A stretch of 64,000 nucleotides of DNA from an uncultured Gemmatimonadaceae bacterium (GCA_963761305.1 CAVXGK010000002.1:3328001-3392000); one strand, 5' to 3'. Positions 51,667-62,009 are shown, counted from the stretch's first letter. The notes: generated from the letters alone by a model not told the origin. A program made the numbers and translations.

Positions 51667-51958
51667 ACGCGCTCGAGGTGTCATTCACACGCTCGAGGTG
51701 TCATTCACGCGCCCGAGCCGCCCGGGGTCGTTCCGCGCGACCGCTCGCAGTATTGCCGATACTGCCGGCAATACTGCAACGGCTCGCGCTCCAGACCCCG
51801 GGCCGTCTCGGGCGCTGCCTCCGTGTGCGTGCGCGTGCGTGTGCGCGGTGAGCCTGACCCGAGCACGACACGAGCGCGACACGCAGCGACGCGCGCTCGC
51901 AGTCAGTCGTTCGCCGATTCGAGTGGGCGAGCGGGTGGGACAGTCCCACTCCGAGCCC
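51667..51958. repeat. Two-hairpin repeat, left arm plus collapsed right arm, with two 20-bp units
   Basis: CGCTCGAGGTGTCATTCACA x2, then the left arm. Confidence 0.85.
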
Positions 51959-52078
51959 TCGGGCCCGCGGATCCGCGCGTGAGGAACGGATCGGCGTGGC
52001 GGCTGGTTCATGACGTCCAGCAGCATCGCCGTCGTGTACTCGGCTTCGGCCTCTTCCCAGCTGGCCAAAACCATGGTG

Positions 52079-52724
52079 TCAACTCAGCGAGAACGGCGGA
52101 TACTCGTCGTGCAGCAACAGGAGGTACGCCTCCACGCGCGTGCTCCAGCGCAGCGCGCCGACGCCGAAGTTGTAGAGCGATGCCGGGAATTCGCCGGTCA
52201 GAATGATCATGACCCACGCGATGAGCGTCGTGATCGCCCACGCGACGCCGATAAACCACAGGGCGATGAACTGCGGTATGAGCAGGATGATTCGAAACGC
52301 CACGGACAACCGATTGCGCGCCCCGGCGGGAGACGTCGAACTGGAGCGATGCCGGATACTCGGCGTCGCCGAATGGCGGATACTCGTCGCGGAGCAAGGC
52401 GAAGTAGGCGGCGGCGCGGACGCGCCAGCGTAGATAGTAGAGCGCGAGACTGCGAAGGCCCGCGGGATACTCTCCGCCGAACACGATCGCAAACCACGCG
52501 ATGAGTGCGCAGACTCCCGCGACGGCGCCGAGCACTCCGGGCGTCGCGCCCCACTGGGCGGTCGGCTGGCTAGACGAGCGCCACGCGATCGTCAAACCAA
52601 ACGTGAGGGGTGTGCCGACGAGCAGGAGATGCGGGATCGCCAGAATGGGCCGAAACGCAACCGTGAGGCGGTTTCGACCGGTCAGCGCCGGCGCGACGGA
52701 GACATCGACGACATGGTCAGGCAT
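52079..52724 (-). pseudogene. DUF4389-like membrane protein (frameshift near 52335)
   Basis: Internally duplicated RNRLTVAFR..DEYPPF; intact copy at 62130..62775. Confidence 0.8.
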
Positions 52725-52795
52725 CGTCAGAACTTACCGCACTATGCGTGCAACGGGCGCTTCTGTTCAAGCGCCGGCGGTCGTACCTTCGCGAC

Positions 52796-54317
52796 ATGCG
52801 CCCACGATTCCTTCGAACTCTGCTGTCGACGTCCGCCATCCTGCTCCCGCTCACCGCCGCATTCCTCGGCGCGCAGCGATCCTCGGCGGCCGCTGATCTC
52901 GATGCGACAGTCGCGCGCGTCATGGCCGAGCAGCACGTCGTCGGCGCGTCGGTGCTTGTCGCGAAAGACGGGCGTGTCCTCCTGCACAAGGGCTACGGCC
53001 TCGCCGACCTCGGCCTCGACGTGCCGACGAAAGACGAGACGGTCTACCATATAGTAGGCCCGATGCTGCCGTTCACCGGCGTCGCCGTGATGCAGCTCGT
53101 CGAGCGGAAGAAGCTGGCGCTCGACGACGACATCTCGAAATACATTCCCGAGTTCCCGATGCAGGGCCGGCACGTCACCGTGCGCCAGCTTCTCGACCAC
53201 ACGTCGGGAATCGTCGACTACCACTACCTCGGCGACCCGATCGAAGCGACGAGCCGGCAGCCCAAGGCGCTCGATGAAGTGATGGCACTCTACGCCGGGA
53301 AAAAGTGGGTGAACGAGCCCGGCGCCAAATGGGACTGGTCGATCTCCGGCTTCCAACTGCTCGTGACAATCGTCGAGCGCCTTTCGGGGCAGTCGTTCGC
53401 CGAGTACGTGCAACGGAATCTGTTCGAGCCGGCCGGCCTCCAGCACACGAGCTACTGCGACGATTACAGCCTCGTCAAGGGACTCTCGCACGCCTACCGG
53501 AGAAGTCGGGAACGGCTTCGTGGCGGCGAACGAGAACGACATGGCGTACAACGCGGACCTGCGCATCTGCAGCACCGTCGGCGATTTCTACAAACTGTGG
53601 ACCGCGCTGGCCAACCACACGCTGCTCCGCGCCGAGTCGTTCACGATGATGCAGACAGCGAGCGGCGCGGCGGCGCACATGAGTCCGAGCGATCCACAGG
53701 CGCAGTACGGCCTCGCCTTGACGATCAATCACGAAGACGCGCATCGCCGCTACGGCCAGCACGGCTCACTGTTCGGCTATAGCGGGAGTCTGTACGAGTT
53801 TCCCGAGGACCATCTCACGATCGTCGTCCTCAGCAACACCGAGGGGCAGAACGCGTACGCGATCACGCGAGCGCTGTCGCGTCAGGTCCTCGGGCTACCG
53901 GCGCTGCCGCCGGCGCCGGCGGTCGCGCTCTCGTCGGCATCGCGTCCGCTCGACGACGTTCCGCTGGCGCCGGGCGAGCTGCGGCAGTTGGAAGGGACGT
54001 TCGTGCTCGCGCCCGATCGCGTGTCATCGGATCTTCACGACTCGTACGCGCAATACCGGCGCACCGTGCGCGTGTTCGACGAGAATGGGCGGCTGATGAT
54101 CCAGACGCTTGGCGAGGGACCGGAGCGGCTGCTCAAGCAGCGAGACGGAACCTTCGCGCGCCGCTCGGCGCCGGGGGCGGGGGCGGGGGCGGCGGTGACG
54201 ATCGTGGTGGAGGGCGGCACGGCGACAACGCTCAAGATCGGGTCGGCGTCGTTGCCGTTGTCGGGGCGTCGGGTCGGGCCAGGCGATCCGGCCACGTTTC
54301 ACGCCCAGCTGAAGTGA
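52796..54317 (+). CDS. Beta-lactamase/serine hydrolase-fold secreted protein (frameshift near 53505), catalytic motifs degenerate
   Basis: KGYGLAD, LALDDDISKYIP, TVRQLLDHTSGI, FEPAGL, LTIVVLSN. Confidence 0.8.
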
Positions 54318-54787
54318 TCGCGTCGCAGTAGTAAGTGCGGGGGATCAGAAAGCGGTGGCGATCGAACATTTCTTGGTGGCGATGCGTCACCGGACGGTGG
54401 CGATGGGTTCGGGCGACGGTCCCATCGATCTCAGCACCGCGACCGGTAAGGCCGGCGATGGTGGCGATGACCTTCGCGAGCGGTCAGCTCATCTCTCGGC
54501 CGGTGGCATCCGACACATCGAGTGGTTCCGATCATCCGCGCGGCGGTGGCGGTGCACGATGTATGGTGGCCGATGTCGGCTGTTACGGAGCCACAAGCTC
54601 CCAGCGCGTGCTCCGATCGGGAACCACAATGGTTCCGGTCAACTCAGCGGCCGGCCCGGTGATCTCATCGCTGGTGACGACGACCCGCGCGATGGTGGCG
54701 ATCGGTTGTGCGAGCGGAGAGAGTCGGCTCGGCGATGTCGGCACTCGCCTATGCAGTGTGGCCAATTCGTTCGCACCAGCGACACGG

Positions 54788-54885
54788 TGAACTCCGCAGT
54801 GGTGCGACTGAACTCCGCAGTGGTGCGACTGAACTCCGCGGTGGTGCGACTGAACTCGGCGGTGATGCCACTGAACTCTGCGGTG
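54788..54885. repeat. 21-bp tandem repeat, about 4.7 copies
   Basis: TGAACTCCGCAGTGGTGCGAC units, degenerating to the right. Confidence 0.9.
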
Positions 54886-55500
54886 CGGTACGGTAATCCG
54901 CGCGGTGTTTCCGATGAACTCTTCACGTCGGCCAGTCGCCTCGGGCGATGCGACCGATGACTTCATGCAATGTGGGCGATGATCGCTTCGCTGGTGGCGG
55001 TCGTGTGTGTCGAGCCGAAAAGTCAGCTCGTCGTTGCGAACGATCGATTCTTCGCTGGTGGCGGTGAAATTCGGGTTGGTGGCGGTCGATTGATCGATGA
55101 GACAAGTCCGATGCTCGAACAGGCATGTCCGCCGCGGCGAGGCAACTGCTGAATTAGCGTCTTAATCCGAACCGACGACGGATGAGACGAGGGCGGTGCT
55201 CGCGCGTTCCGACCGAATGTCCGTGCCGGAACGGGTCGGAGGACGCATACGAAAGGTCGGCTGACGGGTTGCGACCGCTGCGGTGGCGACCCGTTCGATG
55301 CGCTGATCGTCGCAACCGGTATCGGTGACCACGACGCGCGCTGCCGCGGCAATGAATCGATCGTTGGCGGCCACTTTCGATGATGCACTCCTCGTTGAGT
55401 TCCATATCGGTGATAGCGACCAAGCGAGTGCGTCAACCGGCCTCTATCGCACCGGGGCCGCGGGCGCTGCTCACTCGAGCCGGCTCCTCCTTGAATACAT

Positions 55501-55866
55501 ATGGTACAAGGTCCTATACTATCTCCTGTCGACGACCGGTATCTCGAGTTCGTCCACCTCCACACCTATCGCCGGTCAACGGCAAAGCTGCTCGACGAGC
55601 ACGGACAACGGGCCATCGAAAAAGCATTGCTCCAGGATCCGGAAGCGGGTGAGGTCATTGCCGGTACGGGTGGAGTGCGAAAGCTTCGTTTCGGTTTTCG
55701 GGGACGAGGCAAGCGTGGCGGAGTGCGGCTGATCTATTACTACAGGTCAGCCAAAGGCCGCGTTTACTTGATTCTCATGTACCCCAAGGCGCGCAAAGAA
55801 GACCTGACAGCGGCCGAGTGCGCGACCATGAAGACTCTGACGGCGGAAATCGAGAGGGAACCGTGA
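55501..55866 (+). CDS. Type II TA RelE/HigB2-like toxin (start uncertain)
   Basis: DPEAGEVIAGTGGVRKLRF..GKRGGVRLIYY..MYPKARKEDL. Confidence 0.88.
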   Translation: MVQGPILSPVDDRYLEFVHLHTYRRSTAKLLDEHGQRAIEKALLQDPEAGEVIAGTGGVRKLRFGFRGRGKRGGVRLIYYYRSAKGRVYLILMYPKARKEDLTAAECATMKTLTAEIEREP

Positions 55867-56294
55867 AGAAGCGTGCGAAAGGGCGAAGCCTCGGCGAAGA
55901 AATCATTGCCGGACTGAGAGAGGCGGTCGCCTATGAGCGCGGGGAACGGAAGACAGTCAAAGTGACGCGCGCGACATTGGCATCGCAAAGCGCCGAGGTG
56001 ATCCCTGCCTCGTCGTTTGAACCACGGAGCATCGCGTCGCTGCGGGAGCGTCTCCAACTTTCGCAACCGGTCTTCGCGGCAGCGCTCAACGTGAGCGCCG
56101 AAACAGTCAAGAAGTGGGAGCAAGGAACTCGCGAGCCGGACGGCGCCGCTCTCCGCCTCCTCGAGATCACGGATGCTCACCCGGAGTGGATCATTGGTCG
56201 GATCGCATCCACGGCGGCGCCGGCCAAGAGGGATCGCGGCCGCCGGAGCAACCCGGCAAAGAGATCACCGAAATGGGGACGGAAAGCGTCGTGA
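55863..56294 (+). CDS. HTH (HigA2-like) antitoxin
   Basis: LRERLQLSQPVFAAALNVSAETVKKWEQG..PDGAALRLL; GTG overlaps the toxin stop. Confidence 0.88.
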   Translation: MKKRAKGRSLGEEIIAGLREAVAYERGERKTVKVTRATLASQSAEVIPASSFEPRSIASLRERLQLSQPVFAAALNVSAETVKKWEQGTREPDGAALRLLEITDAHPEWIIGRIASTAAPAKRDRGRRSNPAKRSPKWGRKAS

Positions 56295-56318
56295 ACGGCG
56301 AGGCTGAAGGGACGGCGG

Positions 56319-56630
56319 TTAGCCCGCGCGTTTCAGTGGCTTGATCTGCGCATGCTCTCGCGCGGCGGGGCCATGCGACGCGTGATAGAGATCCCACGCG
56401 AGCTGGAGGTTGAGCCAGAACTGCGCTTCGACCCCGAACAGTCGCTCGAGCCGGAGAGCAGTGTCGGGCGTCATGTCCCGCTTGCCGTGGACCAGCTCAT
56501 TCACCCGCGGATAGGAGACCCCGAGGCGTTCCGCCAACGCCGTTTGCGACAGGGCGAGCGGCTTCAGGAATTCCTCGAGCAGCATCTCGCCCGGATGAGT
56601 GGGCGGCCGATCAGTCGGAATGCGTACCAT
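56319..56630 (-). CDS. higA: HigA family addiction module antitoxin
   Basis: PTHPGEMLLEEFLKP..RVNELVHGKR..TALRL..FWLNLQ. Confidence 0.92.
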   Translation of the reverse strand: MVRIPTDRPPTHPGEMLLEEFLKPLALSQTALAERLGVSYPRVNELVHGKRDMTPDTALRLERLFGVEAQFWLNLQLAWDLYHASHGPAAREHAQIKPLKRAG

Positions 56631-56647
56631 AGGTGGCTGCCATCCCT

Positions 56648-56941
56648 CTAGCGATAGTCGATAATCTCGACGTCGCCGGGTCCCTCAGCGGACCAGGCGA
56701 AACAGATCCGAAATTGATCGTTGACTCGAATGCTGTATTGGCCTCGCCGATCGCCCTTGAGCGCCTCGAGCTGATTGCCCGGTGGCACCCGCAGCGCCTC
56801 GAGTGACACGGTGGCGTCGAGCTGATCCAGTTTTCGACGCGCGATGGCCCAAAGTGTGTTCGGACAACAGCGCCGAGCCGCGCGCGAATCGACGCCGTTG
56901 AAGACGTCCTCCGTGCCCCGATCGGCGAACGAGCGGATCAC
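56648..56941 (-). CDS. higB: HigB family toxin
   Basis: IRSFAD..LRVPPGNQLEALKGDRRGQYSIRVNDQFRICF..VEIIDY. Confidence 0.92.
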   Translation of the reverse strand: MIRSFADRGTEDVFNGVDSRAARRCCPNTLWAIARRKLDQLDATVSLEALRVPPGNQLEALKGDRRGQYSIRVNDQFRICFAWSAEGPGDVEIIDYR

Positions 56942-56971
56942 GCGGTTGGAGCCGGGAGGGACATGTCAGAA

Positions 56972-56990
56972 TATAACGGCCACCGTTATA
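56972..56990. promoter_or_regulatory. Putative HigA operator
   Basis: Perfect inverted repeat TATAACGG-CCA-CCGTTATA about 30 bp upstream of higB. Confidence 0.65.
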
Positions 56991-57209
56991 CGTAGCAAAC
57001 AGAGGGCCTGGCGCGTCGTCGAGAGCGTGTATGCCTTGGCTGGCAATCTGATCGGGATTGTTGTACCAACAGAGACTCAGGCGTCAGCGACAGGCGTCAG
57101 CAGAGGCGGCGCAGCTGCCGCGGTGGCGAAAGGAGTTGGGGTTGACACTTCTGCCCAGTCGCCGTCCACCGTAGCTTGGCGGCATGCGCCCAAGAGCGGT
57201 GTTTCGAGT

Positions 57210-57440
57210 GTGATCCGGCGGAGCGATACGGCGCCCGACGCGGCTGCGATTCAGTCGCGGGTCATCGAGCGGCTGACCGTGGAGCAGCGCTTGGAGCTCG
57301 CGTTCGAGATGAGCCAGATGGCGCGGGCGCTTGCGCGGGCGCGGCTGCGCGAGGAACACGCCGATTGGGGCGAGCGCGATCTCGATCGAGAGTTGCTCCG
57401 ATTGGCTTTTCTGCCTGACGATCTGCCGCCGGGCTTGTAG
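57210..57440 (+). CDS. Small helical protein upstream of a nucleotidyltransferase, putative partner
   Basis: SDTAPDAAAIQ..LTVEQRLELAFEMS..RLREEH; stop abuts the next GTG. Confidence 0.65.
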   Translation: MIRRSDTAPDAAAIQSRVIERLTVEQRLELAFEMSQMARALARARLREEHADWGERDLDRELLRLAFLPDDLPPGL

Positions 57441-58004
57441 GTGACTGGGGGCACCTTGCTCCGACGGATTGTCGGTGCGCTCGATCGAGCGGACATTCCT
57501 CACATGCTCACGGGATCGTTCGCGAGCTCGGCCCACGGGCACCTTCGAGCGACTCGCGACATCGATTTCGTGATCGAGGCCGATGCCGATCGCCTGCGGA
57601 CGTTCGCTCGATCCCTGCCCGCTGAGGAATACTACGTCGATGAGGACGCCGCGCTCCAAGCGCTTCGCGACGAGGGACAGTTCAACGTCATCGACCTTGG
57701 CACCGGTTGGAAGGTCGACCTCATCATCCGGAAGCATCGCCCGTTCAGCATCGAGGAGTTCACACGCCGACAGCCCGCCAACGTCGACGGGACGCAACTC
57801 TCCGTCGCATCCGTCGAGGACGTCATCATTGCGAAGCTCGAGTGGGCGCGACTCGGTGATTCGGCGAGACAACTCGAAGACGTCGTGGCCCTGCTGCGCC
57901 TGCGTGGAAAGCTGGTCGACGACGCGTACATCGACATGTGGACAAAGACGCTTGGCCTTGGCGAGCAATGGACCGAGGCACGCAGGCGCGCTTCCGCGTC
58001 CTGA
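57441..58004 (+). CDS. Nucleotidyltransferase (DUF6036/AbiEii-like)
   Basis: LTGSFASSAHG..RATRDIDFV, EDVIIAKLEW, RQLEDV. Confidence 0.82.
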   Translation: MTGGTLLRRIVGALDRADIPHMLTGSFASSAHGHLRATRDIDFVIEADADRLRTFARSLPAEEYYVDEDAALQALRDEGQFNVIDLGTGWKVDLIIRKHRPFSIEEFTRRQPANVDGTQLSVASVEDVIIAKLEWARLGDSARQLEDVVALLRLRGKLVDDAYIDMWTKTLGLGEQWTEARRRASAS

Positions 58005-58024
58005 CCGAATAGTTGCGACGGGCA

Positions 58025-58722
58025 CTACCGGTCCAGCACCTCGGTGAAATAGGCCGGCACATCGAGCACGAACGGTGTGTAGGAGGTGTCATTCACGCGC
58101 TCGAGGTGTCGCTGCCTCCGCGCGCGACTCGTCGCAATGGATCGACATCGCGGGCGAAACGATCGTGGCCTCGATCGGGATCGCCGTGCGAATGGAGACT
58201 CTGGGCGTCAGCGACAGGCGACAGCATCAGTCCGAAGGGCGTCTCGACGGGGGAGGGAACGTGCGACATCAGTCCCCCTACATGTGCTTATCCGCGACCC
58301 GCGATTTGGCTACATCCGGTAACCGCCGGCGACGGTTGTTTTCGTCATCGGCGCGTCATGGCCGACGTTCGCGTGACCGGCGCACACCGGTTAAGCCGTC
58401 GGATCGCCGGTTTATAGAACTGGAATATATTGATACATAGCCAAAATGCCGTCGGCGGATAAGCCTAAGTAGGGGGGACGATGCCGACGAGATCCGCGAC
58501 GATTGGAGGGTAGGGGGCGGTGTACTCAAAGCCCGATTCCTACGTGGCTTGATCGGGATCGCCGTACCAATCGAGACTCTAGGCGTCAGCGACAGGCGTC
58601 AGCATCAGGCCGAAATCCGGCCGACACATCACCCCTTCTGGGAACGGGGACGCCGGCCGTTCACGAAGGGCACGATGAACACATCCGGCTGGACGAGACC
58701 TCGTACCGCTGGCCGTCGTCTA
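58025..58722 (-). pseudogene. Scattered Uma2 remnants (3' end at about 58025-58080, 5'/middle fragments at about 58645-58722)
   Basis: Near-identical to the ends of 50991..51554 (PFVLDVPAYFTEVLDR*, DDGQRYEV, VQPDVFIVP). Confidence 0.65.
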
Positions 58723-58730
58723 CCGGCGTC

Positions 58731-58850
58731 TCACGCACCGAGCCCCCCGAGGTCTTCCGCGCGACCAGTGCAATATTGCCGATACAGCCTGGCAGTATTG
58801 CCTCGGCTCGCGCTCCAGACCCCGGGCCGGCTCGGTGCTGCCTCCGTGTA
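58731..58850. repeat. Two-hairpin repeat, degenerate left arm
   Basis: GCAATATTGCCGATACAGCCTGGCAGTATTGC followed by CGGCTCGCGCTCCAGACCCCGGGCCG. Confidence 0.75.
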
Positions 58851-59515
58851 CGCCCGTGATTCCGCGCTGTGCGATGCGTCATTCGGCGGCGGCACCCGTC
58901 CAACCGACGGCGGGGCTCGGGCATCCGCACGCCTCGGTTGATCGCCCGCGCCGCCCAACGACTTGCGCGTCGACGCCTGACGACTCGGCGTCGTTGAACG
59001 TACGCCGCTCACTGCGACCGGTGCGCTGAGCGGCGAGTCCGGTTCGACGACCCGATGCGAACGCACGATTCGAGGCAGTCGGCCGATTCGACGATGTGGG
59101 AAGCGAATGGGTTGGCGGCGCGTCGTGATCGATTGACCGCCACGTCCGATTCATCGCTCCTTCGTTCCGGTCGCTCGGCGGCGACGACGAAACCAGTGAC
59201 AGCGAGGTCGAGTCAGGTGGCGGTCGAATTCGGCGCGATGCTCGCGGCGCGCGGTTCGGTGGTCGTCGAGTCGATAGCGGCGGCCGACGATTCGAAACGG
59301 CGGGATCGAACGGAAAACTGCGGTGATCGACACGCACGGAGCGGCGGCGACAGGATCCGGCCGCCGATCGGGTCGAGAACGGTGCGCTGACCGCGGCGTC
59401 CGAACAGCTCGACGGCGAGTGCGCTACGCGCAACCGCGGAAGCGCGCGGAGGAACGGATCGACGTCGCGGCGTTGCGAGAACGATTGGGGCCGAGGTAGT
59501 TCGCGTCGACTCGAG

Positions 59516-59730
59516 CCCTCCTACTTGGGTATTATCGCCGACCGCCATTTCGGGTACCTGTGGCGTTGTGATACGCTTTTCTAAACTATCAATCGAGAAT
59601 GTTTACTGAGAAGCCGCGTCAGCCGATCGTCAGCTGATCGCCGTGCTGACGATCGGCTGACATTTCGGATGTTTTCCGAAGGGTGCGAGGTACCCGAAAC
59701 ACGGGTCGGCGATAATACCCAAGTAGAGGG
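59516..59730. mobile_element. 215-bp MITE-like element with ~43-bp terminal inverted repeats
   Basis: CCCTCCTACTTGGGTATTATCGCCGACC..TTTCGGGTACCT at left and its near-exact reverse complement at 59688-59730. Confidence 0.55.
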
Positions 59731-60247
59731 GAGCGTGTCGCTTTCTTCGCGGGCCCCGATGGCGGAGCCGGAGCCGGAACATCGCTGACGGAAATGTCGT
59801 AGATCGCGCGCACTGCCCGTTTCGGCGGACGAACGTCGTCACGTAGTTGCCGTGGTCGGTCATCACGACTTTCGTGGTATCCGCAGGCGGTTTCGGTCGC
59901 AATTCCAGCGTGTACGTCCCGTACTCGCTCGCCAAGGAATCCATGGCTTGCAATGATACGGTCTTCAGTTGAAACCGAAAATTTCCCATCGCCAGGAATC
60001 CATTGATCGTTTTTCGAATCGCGTCAGTCCCGACGGCGGCGGGTTGATTGAGATTGAGAAATACGGCGTCCGGCGCGTAATACTGCGTGACCATCGAATC
60101 GACGGCGCCTTGGGCGATCCACTGCATCTGCCGAGCGTCCATGCGTTCGATGGTATCTCGAATCGCGGCTGCGTCAGTTGGTGTTGCTTCTGGCGCCTTG
60201 GCTGCACATCCGATCACGCCCAGCCAGAGCCACGGGGTAATTCTCAT
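59731..60247 (-). CDS. SnoaL/DUF4440 (NTF2-like) lipoprotein, frameshift near 59815, 3' end running into the MITE-like element
   Basis: Signal peptide VIGC; YYAPDAVFL..VGTDAIRK..EYGTYTL..GNYVTTFVR, then RAIYDISVSD; AAGGAG RBS. Confidence 0.7.
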
Positions 60248-60355
60248 GCGCCTGTCCGCTCTCCTTGGATGTTGAGACTCAGCGCGTTTCAACTGACGAT
60301 GCTGTGAGATGCGTCCTGCCAACGTGCATGGCGAAAGGCAAGGCGCATTGGGGCC

Positions 60356-60864
60356 TCACGGCTGGCTCGTCGGCGACGGCTTGGACGCTGCGCTGTCGGA
60401 CGTCGTGTAGGGACGCGCAAAGGTGGCCTCAATCGTCCAGTGGCCATCGATCTTCTTCCACACGCGCAGCGCCGGAACCGCTGAAGCTCGTATGGGCGCC
60501 CGTATCGCCGACGTCGTACGAGATCGTGAATCGGCGAAGTCGATACGCCATGTCACCGGAGCGGGCGACCTCGAGTCGAACGATGTTTTCGGTTCGCTTG
60601 GAGTTGCGTCGCTGGGCTACGGCGGTCGGGTTTGTCGGCTTGGCGGTGGCTGACTGATCTTGCCCAATGATCGGTCGAGCGTACGCACCAGACCAAAAGA
60701 TTGAGTCGGGTGAATACGCGGCGCCGTCCGTGCGGCGGCACGAATTGCTGCCTCTTCCGCCTCAAGATTCGGCTTTCCAGTCTGTTTGACTGCCCCTTGC
60801 GCGCGGCACTGGTCGTCGCGATCGCGACGGCGCAGAGGGCCAGGAACGTGAGACGTGGACGCAT
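60356..60864 (-). pseudogene. Degenerate second NTF2-like lipoprotein gene
   Basis: GAGGAG RBS and signal peptide; fragments NLEAEEAAIRA and VWKKIDGHWTI in different frames. Confidence 0.5.
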
Positions 60865-60999
60865 CGCCCCTCCTCGTTGAATGGACGCTCGAGGCGAGGA
60901 TATGTGGGACCACGTATCAGCGCATGGGCCGAACGGCCTATGCGCGCCGTTGTCGACCTAGGCGCTTAGTGTGCTAGTTCTCGACGCTCGTGAACCCGT

Positions 61000-61565
61000 C
61001 TACCGGTCAAGCACCTCGGCAAAATAGGCCGGTACGTCCAGCACGAACGGCATCGAGGCACCCTCCGGCGTCCACTCGACGCGCAGGTCGAGCACGTCGA
61101 TGCGTGAATCCGCCGGCGTGGATCGCTCGAACGTTCGCGCATCGAGATCGACGATCCAGAACTCCGCCACGCTCTCTTCGCGATACAAGGCGCGCTTCTC
61201 GACGCGGTCTTGTCGAGCTGTACTCGGCGACAACACTTCCGCCGCGAGGAGCAGCCGCTTCGCCTCGCCGAAGGAGCGGGGACGGCGACCGTCGACGAGG
61301 GGCACGACGAACACGTCCGGCTGAACGAGGCGCTCGGGTGAGAACAACGACATCCGCCGGCGCCGACGAGCGCGTAGCCGACCCGCTCTCGGTCCAGGTA
61401 CTCGGCGAGTCGCCGGTGCAGGATCGCGACGGCGGCCTGATGGTCGTAGGACGGCGACGGCGTCACGAACAGCTCGCCGTCGATGACCTCGTACCGCTGG
61501 CCGTCGTCGGGCAGGTCCTGGAGGTCGTTCACGGTCCATTGCCGTCTGAACGCGGGCATGAGCAT
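61000..61565 (-). pseudogene. Uma2 family protein, duplicate of 50991..51554 with indels near 61345-61368
   Basis: Near-identical DNA, split over two frames. Confidence 0.85.
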
Positions 61566-61676
61566 ACGATAGGCAACTCGGCGCCGAGTGAGCAAGCGAG
61601 CACGAGCCAACGCTACATGGGAGCAGCGACGGGGATGTCATCGTCGTCTTGCCGTCGCAACGAATCCATTCGGGCG

Positions 61677-62009
61677 CACGCGCTCGAGGTGTCATCCACA
61701 CGCTCGAGGTGTCATTCACACGCTCGAGGTGTCATTCACACGCTCGAGGTGTCATTCACGCGCCCGAGCCGCCCGGGGTCGTTCCGCGCGACCGCTCGCA
61801 GTATTGCCGATACTGCCGGCAATACTGCAACGGCTCGCGCTCCAGACCCCGGGCCGTCTCGGGCGCTGCCTCCGTGTGCGTGCGCGTGCGTGTGCGCGGT
61901 GAGCCTGACCCGAGCACGACACGAGCGCGACACGCAGCGACGCGCGCTCGCAGTCAGTCGTTCGCCGATTCGAGTGGGCGAGCGGGTGGGACAGTCCCAC
62001 TCCGAGCCC
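61677..62009. repeat. Two-hairpin repeat copy with four 20-bp units
   Basis: Duplicate of 51667-51958 with an expanded 20-bp array. Confidence 0.85.

Noticed and set aside
54788..54885. 21-bp repeats as a CRISPR array
   Set aside because: Units are head-to-tail with no unique spacers, and no cas genes are in the window
61677..61760. 20-bp repeats as a mini-CRISPR or iterons
   Set aside because: No spacers, no rep gene; they are reiterations of the left end of the two-hairpin element
38889..62009. Two-hairpin repeats as integron attC sites, given the nearby TA modules
   Set aside because: No RYYYAAC/GTTRRRY ends, flanking genes are in mixed orientations and include pgm, and no integron integrase is present
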